From contig NIVC01000119.1 in the NCBI GenBank assembly GCA_002269645.1, forward strand, positions 297,323 to 361,322: a stretch of 64,000 nt of DNA, in the 5' to 3' direction. A model generated the notes under the pieces. The model made no database searches, was not told the DNA's origin, and was given only the letters and a program-made list of their open reading frames with translations. This DNA comes from Macrostomum lignano. Its lineage: Eukaryota. Shown piece after piece: positions 28,366-41,129 of this stretch (the first letter of the stretch is position 1; each line of letters begins with the position of its first letter). The position numbers and the translations under genes are program-made.

Positions 28366-29467
28366 TTTTGTTGTTCTTTTATTTTGTTGCTGATATGTAA
28401 CACTGCTTAATATTATTACTGCACCTACATGTACTCGGCTTGTACTTGACTAATGTACTATTGCTAAATTCTACTATGTTAGCACATTTAATTGCTTTAA
28501 TAAACTCGCATTTTAGATATGTTTCTAAGAAGTGTTTCTTTGCTTCATTTTTTTAATTTTCGTTATCTCTTTAACAAGTAACTTAGGACAAACTCCGGCC
28601 CGCTGTTGCTCTGGCGCGGCGCTCTGATGTGCCAGAGGCCCAGGCTCGATTCCCAGTGCAGTCACATTAATTCGGGGCTGAATTGGAATCTCGACTTGGT
28701 TCTTTTGGTGTAATAATGCCCTTAAGGGCCAGCCCCCAAGGCGCAGTGAAGTGTACATGCCTAACGATAAATAAAGTTAGGACGCGCGCTGTACACTCCT
28801 GTGTGAGTGTGTGCCTGTGCGTATGACTGCGTACGTTTCCGCGCGCTTGTGTGCCTGCTCAGGGGAGTCGGCGGAATGGGCAGCAATGCCTCTCACCGGT
28901 TGTGTGACAATGTCGCTTAAAGTGCGCCAGGGTGCACATCCCCCCCCCCTGCCTGTAACCCTAAATGACACGTCTTATCTTCTCTCATCTATTCTTTCCT
29001 GTTCTCTTTCCTCTCTCCCATGTGTCCCGCAGCCATGAGCCCTTGAGCTAAAAAAGTTTTCCAACCCCTGGTTTAGAGTTGTCAGACGTCGTTGGTTCGA
29101 ATTTTCCAATCGGTCCTTATAAACAAAGTTTGTGTCCAATGTGCAAGCTATTCAACTTTTCTTTGTGTGTAAAAAAGGACATTTTTAACGATACATATCG
29201 GAGTTCTACTCGGGAAGCTGGATCTAGCACTAGTCTTATTAAAGCACAGTTGTTTTTTAGTTGCACTGCATCTAAATGTGTGCCTTTTTTATTGTGTATC
29301 AATTCCCAAATTACAATAGTCTAGGAATAATAAACAGTAATTAATTTAATTTAAAAGCATTCACGCAATTGTCCTTGCAGAATCGGATTAATTGGGGTGA
29401 AAAATCAATCGATCAAACTATTTGACGCAAAGATCTCTAGAAATTTGTATAAGTAAACGCCTGACAG

Positions 29468-31450
29468 ATGCCGCAGGACAAGCGCAGCAGTAGCGGCAGT
29501 CGGCGCGGCCGCCTCGAGGCCACGGCCAAGCCGGGTGCTATGCGCAAAATTCTCGACGAAATGGACACCGAAGCGAAGCAGGCTAGGCGTAGCAAAAGCA
29601 AAGGAGGCGGAGATAAGGAGGATAAAGATAGGGATAGAGAGGATCGAGATCGGGATAAGGACAGGCGCGATAGTCGGCACAAAGGCAATGATAGGGAAAG
29701 AAGACACAAGGATGACAAAGAGCGGGATAGTAAGCACAGAGATGACAAAGACCGAGAAAGAAGACAACGAGACGACAAAGATCGAGACAGGAGACATAAA
29801 GACGATAAAGACCGAGACAGACGCCGTGAGGACAAAGACCGAGACAGACAAAAGGATGACAAAGATCGGGAAAAGCGGCATAAAGATGATAAAGATCGTG
29901 ACAGACATCGAGATGACAAAGATAGAGAGCGGAACCGAGACGACAAAGACCGAGAGAGGCGGCATAGAGACGATAAAGACCGAGACAGGCACCGGGATGA
30001 CAAAAACCGAGACAGGCACCGGGATGACAAAGATCGAGACAGGCACCGGGATGACAAAGACCGAGACAGGCACCGGGATGACAAAGACCGAGACAGGCAT
30101 CGTGATGACAAAGACCGAGACAGGCACCGGGATGACAAAGAGCGAGATAGGCACCGCGATGAAAGAGATCGCGACAGGCGCAAGGACAAAGACGGTGATC
30201 GGAAATCGTCTGAGCAGACAACCAAGTCCAACGGTCAAGCGGAAACAGCCGTAGCGGCGGAGGACGACTACAACTATGAAGACGATGAGTTCGAAAATTA
30301 TGACGAAGATTTCGACGACTTCAAAGACGATGATAATGAAGACGACGACGATTCAGACAAAGACCGCAAGCCGCCCGCTGCTGCAAAGACGGATAGCAAA
30401 GACCAGCAGAGAAATGTACCCGCTAGACAGCAATACGAAGATGATAGTGAAGATGATTACGATGGGCACAAAACGTCTAGTCAGCAGCAGCAACAGACGC
30501 CCAGACCCAAGGCGTTGATTGATTTCTTCGGCGCTAAGCGTCGTCAAGCCAATACGGCGGCGGCTAGTCGAACACAGCGCCGCTGGGACGAACTGTCCCG
30601 ACTAATCGATCTGGACAAAGTTTCCTACGATCTGTTCCAACTGGCTCCGCTAGAGGAATACGCGCTTTATATGCGCCAATACGGTAGAAGCAACGCTCAC
30701 CAAGCCGCTGTACAAACTAACGAAGACGCTGTCGATCGCGAAGCGATGACTGACGATATTGAATTTTCCACCCGTTGGACTCAGAATCCGCCTGGCGATC
30801 TTGTTGAATGCGCCGGAGTTGCGGCAGCCAACGATGAGGATTCTGCAGATGAAGATTATGATAGCAAAGATAAAAAGAAGCATAAAAAGAAGCAGACGGC
30901 TCAGCTGCCGTCCAAACCGATTCAACCGTCGGCCAAGTCGCTGCAGCGCACTCTGGACTTAGTTCGACGCGTCCTTGAAGAGCAGAGCCGGCCCCGGGTG
31001 CCGAACGGCAGGCGCGAAGCGGCCGGTCATTTAAGCAGCGGCTTCACACCGTTGACAGCTTCATCAACTTACGGTCCAGCGTCTCGAGCTCTGTTCGATC
31101 CTAAACGATCGGCTAAGCTGCTCACTATGCATCCGAACTCGTCCACTCTGTTGCTATGGAATGCTCACGAGCCTGAGCTGCCACTGTGCGTCCTATCCGC
31201 TCCCGGCGGCGTAGCCTGCGCTTGCTGGACACCCGACGAGTTCGTTTGCGCCGGATTAGACGACGGCGCGCTGTGCCTTTGGGATCCAACTGAGCCGGCC
31301 GAATCGCACGGACGCTACGACGCAGACGGGGTGTCGATTCGCGGACCGACTTATAGTACGGCCTGGTCGCCAGTTGGCAATCATCTGGGCGGCGGAGTTG
31401 TCGGATTGGCCGCTGTTGGTCGAGCGCTGCATTCCGGCGGCGCTTACCAG
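29468..31450 (+). CDS. DYNC2I1: Dynein-2 intermediate chain 1 (WDR60), exon 1
   Basis: Charged R/D/K N-terminus, then LIDLD..YDLFQLAPLEEYALYMRQYGRSN..AVQTNED..WTQNP and WD repeats; donor cag|GTGAGG. Confidence 0.87.
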
Positions 31451-31872
31451 GTGAGGTCGAAATATTGCATTGTCTTGCTAGTCTTTGTTGTTAAAACAAA
31501 GTGCCGTCAAAACCGGCGCGGATCAGTTCCGAAGAACTCTGCCGCAGTTATATTTTGTGTTTGATCGAAAGAATTTAAAATATTTACAGATTTCGATTTT
31601 AAATTTGCCTCATTGCATCCCAGAGGACATTGAGAACGGGGGTTCGGCCCGGAGCCCGAGGGGCTTCCGGCTCAATGTGGAAGCTGTGGAGCTTGGCTGC
31701 CCTCATCTTGAGCAGCCAAGCCACCCCCAGCTGCTTGACTCTGTCTGCGAGCATCGGCATACCTGCCAAAGTCTTTGAAACGATTTTACTAGGCTAATTA
31801 GCTGGCGAGGCTATTCATTCGTATACTCCAGCCGTTTACCCGAAATTGTATCACCCTACTTCACTTTCACAG

Positions 31873-32649
31873 TTGGTCTCCATGGACTCAAGCGGCCGAC
31901 TTCAAGCCTGGGTGGCGTCGACTCACGTCGGCCCGGCCGATCCGGCCGGCTCAGCCTCTGACTTGGGTCTTCGTCCTGGCGGCCGGGTCAGCCTGATGCG
32001 CAGCTCCCGTCTGGAACTGCCGTCAGCTTCGGCTCCTCTGCCGCCGCTCTGCATGTCCGCTGGCGCCAATGGCGACGGCGCTATCGTTGGCGGAGCCGAC
32101 GGCTGCCTGATTCGCGTCAACGTTGGCGCCGGCGGAAGCTCCGGCAGTCGGCGTTGTCATTCAATCTGCGGCGACTTCGAGCATCGCCTACCGGCTAGCG
32201 TCACGGCTATTGACGCCTCGCCGCACGGCAACGGCCTCCTGCTGATTGGCTACGCCGATGGTCACGTGCGCCTGATGACGTCATCATCGACTAGTCCGCT
32301 GCTGACTGTGCAGCCGAAGTCAGACTCGATAGTTCGCCTGCTCTGGTCGAGAAGCCGGCCGGCTGTGTTCTACTCGCTGGATTCCAGCGGTCGCCTGCTG
32401 GTGTACGACCTCACGCAGAAGAGCTCCGGTCCTGTCAGCGTTTTTGCAGAGTCTGGCGTATCGGATTTCGCACTTGGCGAAGACTACCATTCAACTGGTC
32501 GGGGCTCGAAAAGCGACCGCGCTGTGTGCGTCCTGGTCCGAGCTAATAGCGGCGAGGCGGAGGTGCACACCCTGGCTGAGACTCTGTCAGCTGCCGAGCT
32601 GGACGAAGGCTACCGATTGAGTCAGCTGATTGATCAGCTGTGCGTCTGA
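31873..32649 (+). CDS. DYNC2I1: DYNC2I1/WDR60 exon 2 (WD repeats); about 919 aa in total
   Basis: tttcacAG|LVSMDSSGRLQAWV...DLGLRPGGRVSL...WSRSRPAVFYSLD. Confidence 0.87.
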   Translation: MVSMDSSGRLQAWVASTHVGPADPAGSASDLGLRPGGRVSLMRSSRLELPSASAPLPPLCMSAGANGDGAIVGGADGCLIRVNVGAGGSSGSRRCHSICGDFEHRLPASVTAIDASPHGNGLLLIGYADGHVRLMTSSSTSPLLTVQPKSDSIVRLLWSRSRPAVFYSLDSSGRLLVYDLTQKSSGPVSVFAESGVSDFALGEDYHSTGRGSKSDRAVCVLVRANSGEAEVHTLAETLSAAELDEGYRLSQLIDQLCV

Positions 32650-32883
32650 CTTGTTGTTCAAATATAAATTCAAAATGACTTGAATTTGACATTTATTTTA
32701 CTCTCCTACTTAGTAGTAGCAGTAGTATATAGAGTGCAAGTATACAAGAGGAGGTCGCGTGATTTTTATTTCTTATTTCTTATAACATAGACGCTCGCTT
32801 GGGAAAATATCGATCATCTTTTATTGATTTTTCTATGCTCTTAAGGGGAATTAAGGAGGGAAATGTCTTTAGACTCAGTTGTT

Positions 32884-33150
32884 TAATAATAATAATTGAT
32901 TACACCTGTCCCGATCGAAGCTATAGCGCGGCGCATCTGAAGGCTGTCCAGTCCAAGGACTGGTGGTCACCACACACAGCCTCAATTACCCCAGCTAATG
33001 CTGGCACCCATTTTACAGCTGGGTGAACCGAAGCAATGCAGAGTTAAGTGTCTTGCTCAAGGACACAAATTGTTCCGAGTGGGATCGGAAATCGAACCCC
33101 CGACCTTTCAGTCGTGAGTCCGACGCTCTGACCACTAGACTACGACCCCC
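32884..33150 (-). mobile_element. tRNA-derived SINE, copy 2 (intact A and B boxes)
   Basis: Minus strand ggggtcgtagtctagtggtc...ggttcgatttcc, body gtgtccttgagcaagacacttaac...ctgtaaaatggg, (ATT)n tail. Confidence 0.8.
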
Positions 33151-33929
33151 TCAAGACTCAATTCCCTCAATCAAAAAGACATTCCAAACAATACAAATAA
33201 CTCCCCTGTTAAAAACCTGAGATTCTCTATTTATTAGTGTAGATTTTTCGTATTGAAACCTAACTACACTACTTGTAAGTAGAAAAAATAGCGTGTTTTT
33301 CAGTCTTTTAGTTTATCGAAATTTTGGTAAACCATTTCAATACTCTCCTATCTATGCTTCAGTGGCCACACAATTTGATTTATCAACAAGTCCACGTCTG
33401 CTCTTTCACATCCCCGCGTGTCCGAGTTTGTCCGAGTTTGTCTGGCACTGCGCTTGCTTGCAGTAAAAATTATTTTCAAGAGTCTCCGTTATTCCGTCCA
33501 AAACCTATACTATGCTGAGGCTTTTATTGTTTTGTATTTTTCTATCATGGTTATTGTTGCACCAAAAATAAAAATCGATTCAAATATTTTTACTCATACT
33601 TGATTTATTGGACTAGAAAAATGGCTGTGAAAAATTTTGAGGCACACGCATACTTTGTTGAATTTTCAATAAAATATTTTTATTATGCAATTTAAACTTC
33701 AGAGTTTCAGCACTCGATGTGCCAGGAAATACCAATGGACTTTTTTCGTGCCGGTTTTATTACTGCCCTAAAAATCCTGGTTTCATGATACAAATACAAA
33801 CTAATGTGTTCTTTTTCTCAAAATTTTCCATATCAGATTATGACTAAGTCGTGCACACTTTTGAAATATTGCACGTGTTACTTGTAGTAAAGTGTTTGAA
33901 CTTTTCCTTGTTGGTTTTTTAATCCTTGG

Positions 33930-34555
33930 ATGCTGAGCCAGCCTCCCAGATCCCCAGATGCTAGGCCAGCCTCCCAGATCCCCAGATGCTGGGCCAGCCT
34001 CCCAGATCCTCAGTTGCTGGGCCAGCCTCCCAGATCCTCAGTTGGTGGGCCAGCCTCCCAGATCCTCAGTTGCTGGGCCAACCTCCCAGATCCTCAGTTG
34101 GTGGGCCAGCCTCCCAGATCCTCAGTTGCTGGGCTAGCCTCCCAGATCCTCAGTCGCTGGGCTAGCCTCCCAGATCCTCAGTTGCTGGTCCTCAGCCTCC
34201 CAGATCCTCAGTTGCTGGGCTAGCCTCCCAGATCCTCAGTTGCTGGGCTAGCCTCCCAGATCCTCAGTTGGTGGGCCAGCCTCCCAGATCCTCAGTTGCT
34301 GGGCCAGCCTCCCAGATCCTCAGTTGCTGGGCCAGCCTCCCAGATCCTCAGTTGGTGGGCCAGCCTCCCAGATCCTCAGTTGCTGGGTCAGCCTCCCAGA
34401 TCCTCAGTTGCTGGTCCTCAGCCTCCCAGATCCTCAGTTGCTGGTCCTCAGCCTCCCAGATCCTCAGTTGCTGGGCTACCATCTTCCCAGAGTGTCAGTT
34501 GCTAGGCCAGCCGCCCAGATCCCCAGTTGCTGGGCCAGTTTCCCAGATCCTCATT
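33930..34555. repeat. 28-bp minisatellite (cagcctcccagatcctcagttgctgggc)
   Basis: Direct tandem units. Confidence 0.95.
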
Positions 34556-35084
34556 TTGAGCTGCAATTCATATGGAAAGCCAGCTGCTTTATGCTGTGAA
34601 ATTTTTGTCATTCTACCTATCTTCATTCACTCGGTAATCGCATTGATATCTTGAATGGGCCGTAGAGTTCCGGTTATATATTTCTGTTTCCTGTCAGTCG
34701 AACAGATGCTTTTGCCATCAAATACCAGAAATTGAAGTCATCAAAAACAGGCTTGGCTCAGCAGAGGATGAATATTAGAATACGAAAGAGACGGACAGCT
34801 CACTAAAAAAGCTAGTTTCTTTCAGTCTGTTCAATTGAACTGGAACACACTCAGTGGTTAGGGCGGCCTATTCATAGTCCATCTTTGGTATTCACCCTGC
34901 ACTCTGCAGGTTGATTGCGTGCCTGATTACAGCATCGCTTTCTGATGAGATCAAATCAATCAAATTATCAAGATTGTTTTGAGTTTGTTTTATTGATTGA
35001 AGATTACTGATTTGTCTTCATTTATCTGCCGTTGTGTGAATGTCAAATATCAATAAATCGTCTGTATCTACCTCAATAAACAAT

Positions 35085-38000
35085 ATCTACGTACCTCAAT
35101 AATATATATCTGTCTCCATTATCCATATCTACCTCAATAATCAATATCCACCTCAATAATCAATATCTACCTCAATAATCAATATCCACCTCAATAATCA
35201 ATATCCACCTCAATAATCCATATCTACCTCAATAATCTACCTCAATAATCCATATCTACCTCAATAATCCATATCTACCTCAATAATCCATATCTACCTC
35301 AATTATCCATATCTACCTCAATAATCCATATCTACCTCAATAATCCATATCTACCTCAATAATCCATATCCACCTCAATAATCCATATCTACCTCAATAA
35401 TCCATATCCAACTTAATAATCTATATCTACCTCAATAATCCATATCTACCTCAATAATCCATATCTACCTCAATAATCCATATCCACCTCAATAATCCAT
35501 ATCTACCTCAATAATCCATATCTACCTCAATAATCCATATCTAACTCAATAATCCATATCTAATTCAATAATCAATATCTACCTCAATAATCTACCTCAA
35601 TAATCCATATCTACCTCAATAATCCATATCTACCTCAATAATCCATATCTACCTCAATAATCCATATCCACCTCAATAATCCATATCTACCTCAATAATC
35701 CATATCTACCTCAATAATCCATATCTACCTTAATAATCCATATCTACCTCAATAATCCATATCTACCTCAATAATCCATATCTACCTCAATAATCCATAT
35801 CTACCTCAATAATCCATATCTACCTCAATAATCCATATCTACCTCAATAATCCATATCTACCTCAATAATCCATATCTACCTCAATAATCCATATCTAAT
35901 TCAATAATCAATATCTACCTCAATAATCAATATTTACCTCAATAATCCATATCTACCTCAATAATCCATATCTACCTCAATAATCCATATCCACCTTAAT
36001 AATCCATATCTACCTTAATAATCCATATCTACCTCAATAATCCATATCTACCTCAATAATCCATATCTACCTCAATAATCCATATCTACCTTAATAATCC
36101 ATATCTACCTCAATAATCCATATCTACCTCAATAATCCATATCTACCTCAATAATCCATATCTACCTTAATAATCCATATCTACCTTAATAATCGATATC
36201 TACCTCAATAATCCATATCTACCTCAATAATCTATATCTGTCTCCATTATCCATATCTACCTCAATAATCTATATCTGTCTCCATTATCCATATCTACCT
36301 CAATAATCTATATCTGTCGCCATTATCCATATCTACCTCAATAACTGTTATCTACATGTACCTCTATTATCCATATCTACCTTAATAATCCATATCTACC
36401 TCAATAATCCATATCTACCTCAATAATCCATATCTACCTCAATAATCCATATCTACCTCAATAATCCATATCTACCTCAATAATCCATATCTACCTTAAT
36501 AATCCATATCTACCTCAATAATCTATATCTACCTCAATAATCCATATCTACCTCAATAATCTATATCTGTCTCCATTATCCATATCTACCTCAATAACTG
36601 TTATCTACATGTACCTCTATTATCCATATCTACCTCAATAATCCATATCTACCTCAATAATCCATATCTACCTCAATAATCCATATCTACCTCAATAATC
36701 CATATCTACCTCAATAATCCATATCTACCTTAATAATCCATATCTACCTCAATAATCTATATCTACCTCAATAATCCATATCCACCTCAATAATTCATAT
36801 CCACCTCAATAATCCATATCTACCTCAATAATCCATATCTGTCTCCATTATCCATATCTACCTCAATAACTGTTATCTACCTCAATAATTCATATCCACC
36901 TCAATAATCCATATCTACCTCAATAATCCATATCTACCTCAATAATCCATATCTACCTCAATAATCCATATCCACCTCAATAATCCATATCTACCTCAAT
37001 AATCCATATCTACCTCAATAATCAATATCCACCTCAATAATCCATATCTACCTCAATAATCAATATCTACCTCAATAATCAATATCTACCTCAATAATCT
37101 ATATCTACCTCAATAATCCATATCTACCTCAATAATCCATATCTACCTCAATAATCCATATCTACCTCAATAATCGATATCTACCTCAATAATCCATATC
37201 TAACTCAATAATCCATATCTACCTCAATAATCCATATCTACCTCAATAATCCATATCTACCTCAATAATCCATATCTACCTCAATAATCCATATCTACCT
37301 CAATAATCCATATCTACCTCAATAATCCATATCTACCTCAATAATCCATATCTACCTCAATAATCCATATCTACCTCAATAATCCATATCTACCTCAATA
37401 ATCCATATCTACCTCAATAATCCATATCTACCTCAATAATCCATATCTACCTCAATAATCCATATCTACCTCAATAATCCATATCTACCTCAATAATCTA
37501 TATCTACCTCAATAATCCATATTTACTTCAATAATCTATATCTACCTCAATAATCCATATCTACCTCAATAATCTATATCTGTCTCCATTATCCATATCT
37601 ACCTCAATAATCCATATCTATCTCAATAATCATATCTACCTCAATAATCCATATCTACCTCAATAATCCATATCCACCTCAATAATCCATATCTACCTCA
37701 ATAATCCATATCTACCTCAATAATCGATATCTACCTTAATAATCCATATCTACCTCAATAATCCATATCTACCTCAATAATCCATATCTACCTTAATAAT
37801 CAATATCTACCTCAATAATCTATATCTACCTCAATAATCCATATCTACCTCAATAATCCATATCTACCTCAATAATCCATATCTACCTCAATAATCCATA
37901 TCTACCTCAATAATCCATATCTACCTCAATAATCCATATCTACCTCAATAATCCATATCTACCTCAATAATCTATATCTACCTCAATAATCCATATCCAC

Positions 38001-39070
38001 CTCAATAATCTATATCTACTTCAATAATCCATATCTACCTCAATAATCGATATCTACCTCAATAATCCATATCTACCTCAATAATCCATATCTACCTCAA
38101 TAATCGATATCTACCTCAATAATCGATATCTACCTCAATAATCGATATCTACCTCAATAATCGATATCTACCTCAATAATCTATATCTACCTCAATAATC
38201 CATATCTACCTCAATAATCCATATCTACCTCAATAATCTATATCTACCTCAATAATCCATATTTACTTCAATAATCTATATCTACCTCAATAATCCATAT
38301 CTACCTCAATAATCTATATCTGTCTCCATTATCCATATCTACCTCAATAATCCATATCTATCTCAATAATCATATCTACCTCAATAATCCATATCTACCT
38401 CAATAATCCATATCCACCTCAATAATCCATATCTACCTCAATAATCCATATCTACCTCAATAATCGATATCTACCTTAATAATCCATATCTACCTCAATA
38501 ATCCATATCTACCTCAATAATCCATATCTACCTTAATAATCAATATCTACCTCAATAATCTATATCTACCTCAATAATCCATATCTACCTCAATAATCCA
38601 TATCTACCTCAATAATCCATATCTACCTCAATAATCCATATCTACCTCAATAATCCATATCTACCTCAATAATCCATATCTACCTCAATAATCCATATCT
38701 ACCTCAATAATCCATATCCACCTCAATAATCCATATCTACCTCAATAATCCATATCTACCTCAATAATCCATATCTACCTCAATAATCCATATCTACCTC
38801 AATAATCCATATCTACCTCAATAATCCATATCTACCTCAATAATCCATATCTACCTCAATAATCCATATCTACCTCAATAATCCATATCTACCTCAATAA
38901 TCCATATCTACCTCAATAATCCATATCTACCTCAATAATCCATATCTACCTCAATAATCCATATCCACCTCAATAATCCATATCTACCTCAATAATCCAT
39001 ATCTACCTCAATAATCCATATCTACCTCAATAACTGTTATCTACATGTACCTCTATTATCCATATCTACC
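35085..39070. repeat. 4-kb 19-bp satellite (ccatatctacctcaataat)
   Basis: Period 19; internal 740-bp higher-order duplication. Confidence 0.97.
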
Positions 39071-39959
39071 TAAACAGTCTATATCTATATCAATAGTTCA
39101 TGTCTACTTCGTAAAATAATGCAATACACTGTGCAAAAGTGCATACTGAAATTGAGTTTTCCATGCAATTTCTGAGTATTCTTAAACTCGTAGACTAAAT
39201 ATAGGGATAAAACTGCAGTAACTCTATTTTAGCGTAATTAACGTTTGGCTCTTTTGGTTCACACATTAGATTTATAACTTTTTGCGTTGAGAAATTGTAT
39301 ATATCCTAAGATATTAGATATCCTAGAGGTCAGTCTTACAATTTCTCAGTCTAAATACGATTTTTATCATAAGTGGTCTGCTACACCTTGCTCCTCTCTT
39401 CCCCCTCCTTTCTTTCCTTTTTTTGAGCACCTATACTTCATTTCATAAGTTATTAACCTTTCATTTTTTCTGTGATCTTCACCGACTGTAGCGTCACTGC
39501 AGTGGGTCTCTACTTCTTTGATAATATTTATAATGTCATAATGATTAAGTTTATCCTGAAGCGCTCTCGCAAAGTGACTTCCTGCGGTTGAGTCTTGCTA
39601 TTTGGAAGATATATAAGTATAAAATCTGAATTGCTATGCATTGCGCCCTTACTGTAGTTGCATATATTCATATAAGATTTGTATCTTTCTTAACCAAGGC
39701 AAGCCTACATCCGTCCCGGACCTTTTCTCTCTTTCCCTTTATCCCCGTTGCCCATCATTTCTCTTACAGGTTCATTCGCAAAATTAGCTCTTATGCAAAG
39801 AAGCTTTCCTATACATTCCATAAATTGGTATAGTGTGCATTTCGTTTACGTAAAATTCTATGTTTTGAATGTCAAATACAAGAAAGTCGTCTACGTTTTT
39901 GCGTGGATTTTTTACTCATTGCAAGAGTCAACAGGTGACAAATGAATAATTATCATAGA

Positions 39960-40415
39960 CTGATCCTTATCAGACCAAATTGATGCTTATCAGATCCAAA
40001 CTGATGCTTATCAGACCAAACTGATGCTTATCAGACCAAACTGATGCTTATCAGACCAAACTGATGCTTATCAGACCAAACTGATGCTTATCAGACCAAA
40101 CTGATGCTTATCAGACCAAACTGATGCTTATCAGACCAAACTGATTCTTATCGGATCAAACTGATGCTTATCAGATCAAACTGATGCTTATCAGACCAAA
40201 CTGATGCTTATCAGATCAAACTGATGCTTATCAGACCAAACTGATGCTTATCAGACCAAACTGATGCTTATCAGACCAAACTGATGCTTATCAGACCAAA
40301 CTGATGCTTATCAGACCAAACTGATGCTTATCAGATCAAACTGATGCTTATCAGATCAAACTGATGCTTATCGGACCAAACTGATGCTTATCAGACCAAA
40401 CTGATGCTTATCAGC
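39960..40415. repeat. 20-bp minisatellite (actgatgcttatcagaccaa)
   Basis: Period 20, with internal inverted repeat ctgat...atcag. Confidence 0.96.
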
Positions 40416-41129
40416 TTTCGTAGCTCCATGTTTAAAACAAAAACGGTCACCTTGAATACATGTGATATTTTTTGTCAGACTAATTTATCTGACTGCCTCG
40501 ATCGCACTAACAAGTTCGCGACACAATGTCCTTTCTATTCCTTTTTTATCCGAGACAGAGCTTATCGAGGGCCAAGCCTGCGTGTTCATTAAAAATAAAG
40601 GAAATTGACGTTGAAAGTAGTGGGCTCTGCCTGCCTGCTGTTTACCTAATGACCATTCCTCACATCACACGTGTTGCAATGCAATGCTAAATTGGCCAAT
40701 TAGAAAGTCGAAGGGTCGCGGTACACCCTGTGTGAGCGTGCGTCAGAGAAATAGGTTCAGAATTGCCTTGGAGGGCAGATGAAACTTTCTGACTGTCTGA
40801 GGTGTCAGAATTTGCTCTGAGAGAAGCCGGGCACAGAGAGACTTTATAGACTTCTAGAAAAAATGCAAGAAAATCAATGGATATCTAGAACGCATTGGTT
40901 TAGCATTGACACTAGCAATCAGACTCGTGTTTGCTGTGCCATGAGAATGTACGCAAACTGAGAAAATGTTCGTCTACGCGGTACATTTTCGGGTATACGA
41001 GTTGTAATATTTGCATTTAGAAAATTCTGTCATTTTTGTCTGCCTGAGGCCTGATGTACGTCGCCCTGTCGCCCAGCGCCAGGGACTGGAAAAGCGAATG
41101 CAGGGAGACCAGAATGGGACACGAATTAG

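Noticed and set aside
28600-28770. Possible + strand SINE (ggctcgattccc B-box-like, gataaataaa tail)
   Set aside because: Single copy in the window, A box not recognisable; insufficient support.
29020-29078. hAT-like right end (ccaacccctg); a hAT-like left end (caggtgtgggcaa) also occurs near 55416
   Set aside because: No matching partner TIR or TSD found nearby, so the element cannot be delimited.
39960-40415. Resemblance of the 20-bp unit to miR-21 (gcttatcagac...ctgatg)
   Set aside because: Partial match interrupted by an insertion, no pre-miRNA context, and miR-21 is a vertebrate family; chance similarity.
39636-40592. Possible small exons (cttacAG...aaattg|GT near 39769-39830; ORF 40404-40592)
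   Set aside because: No homology recognised and no coherent gene model.
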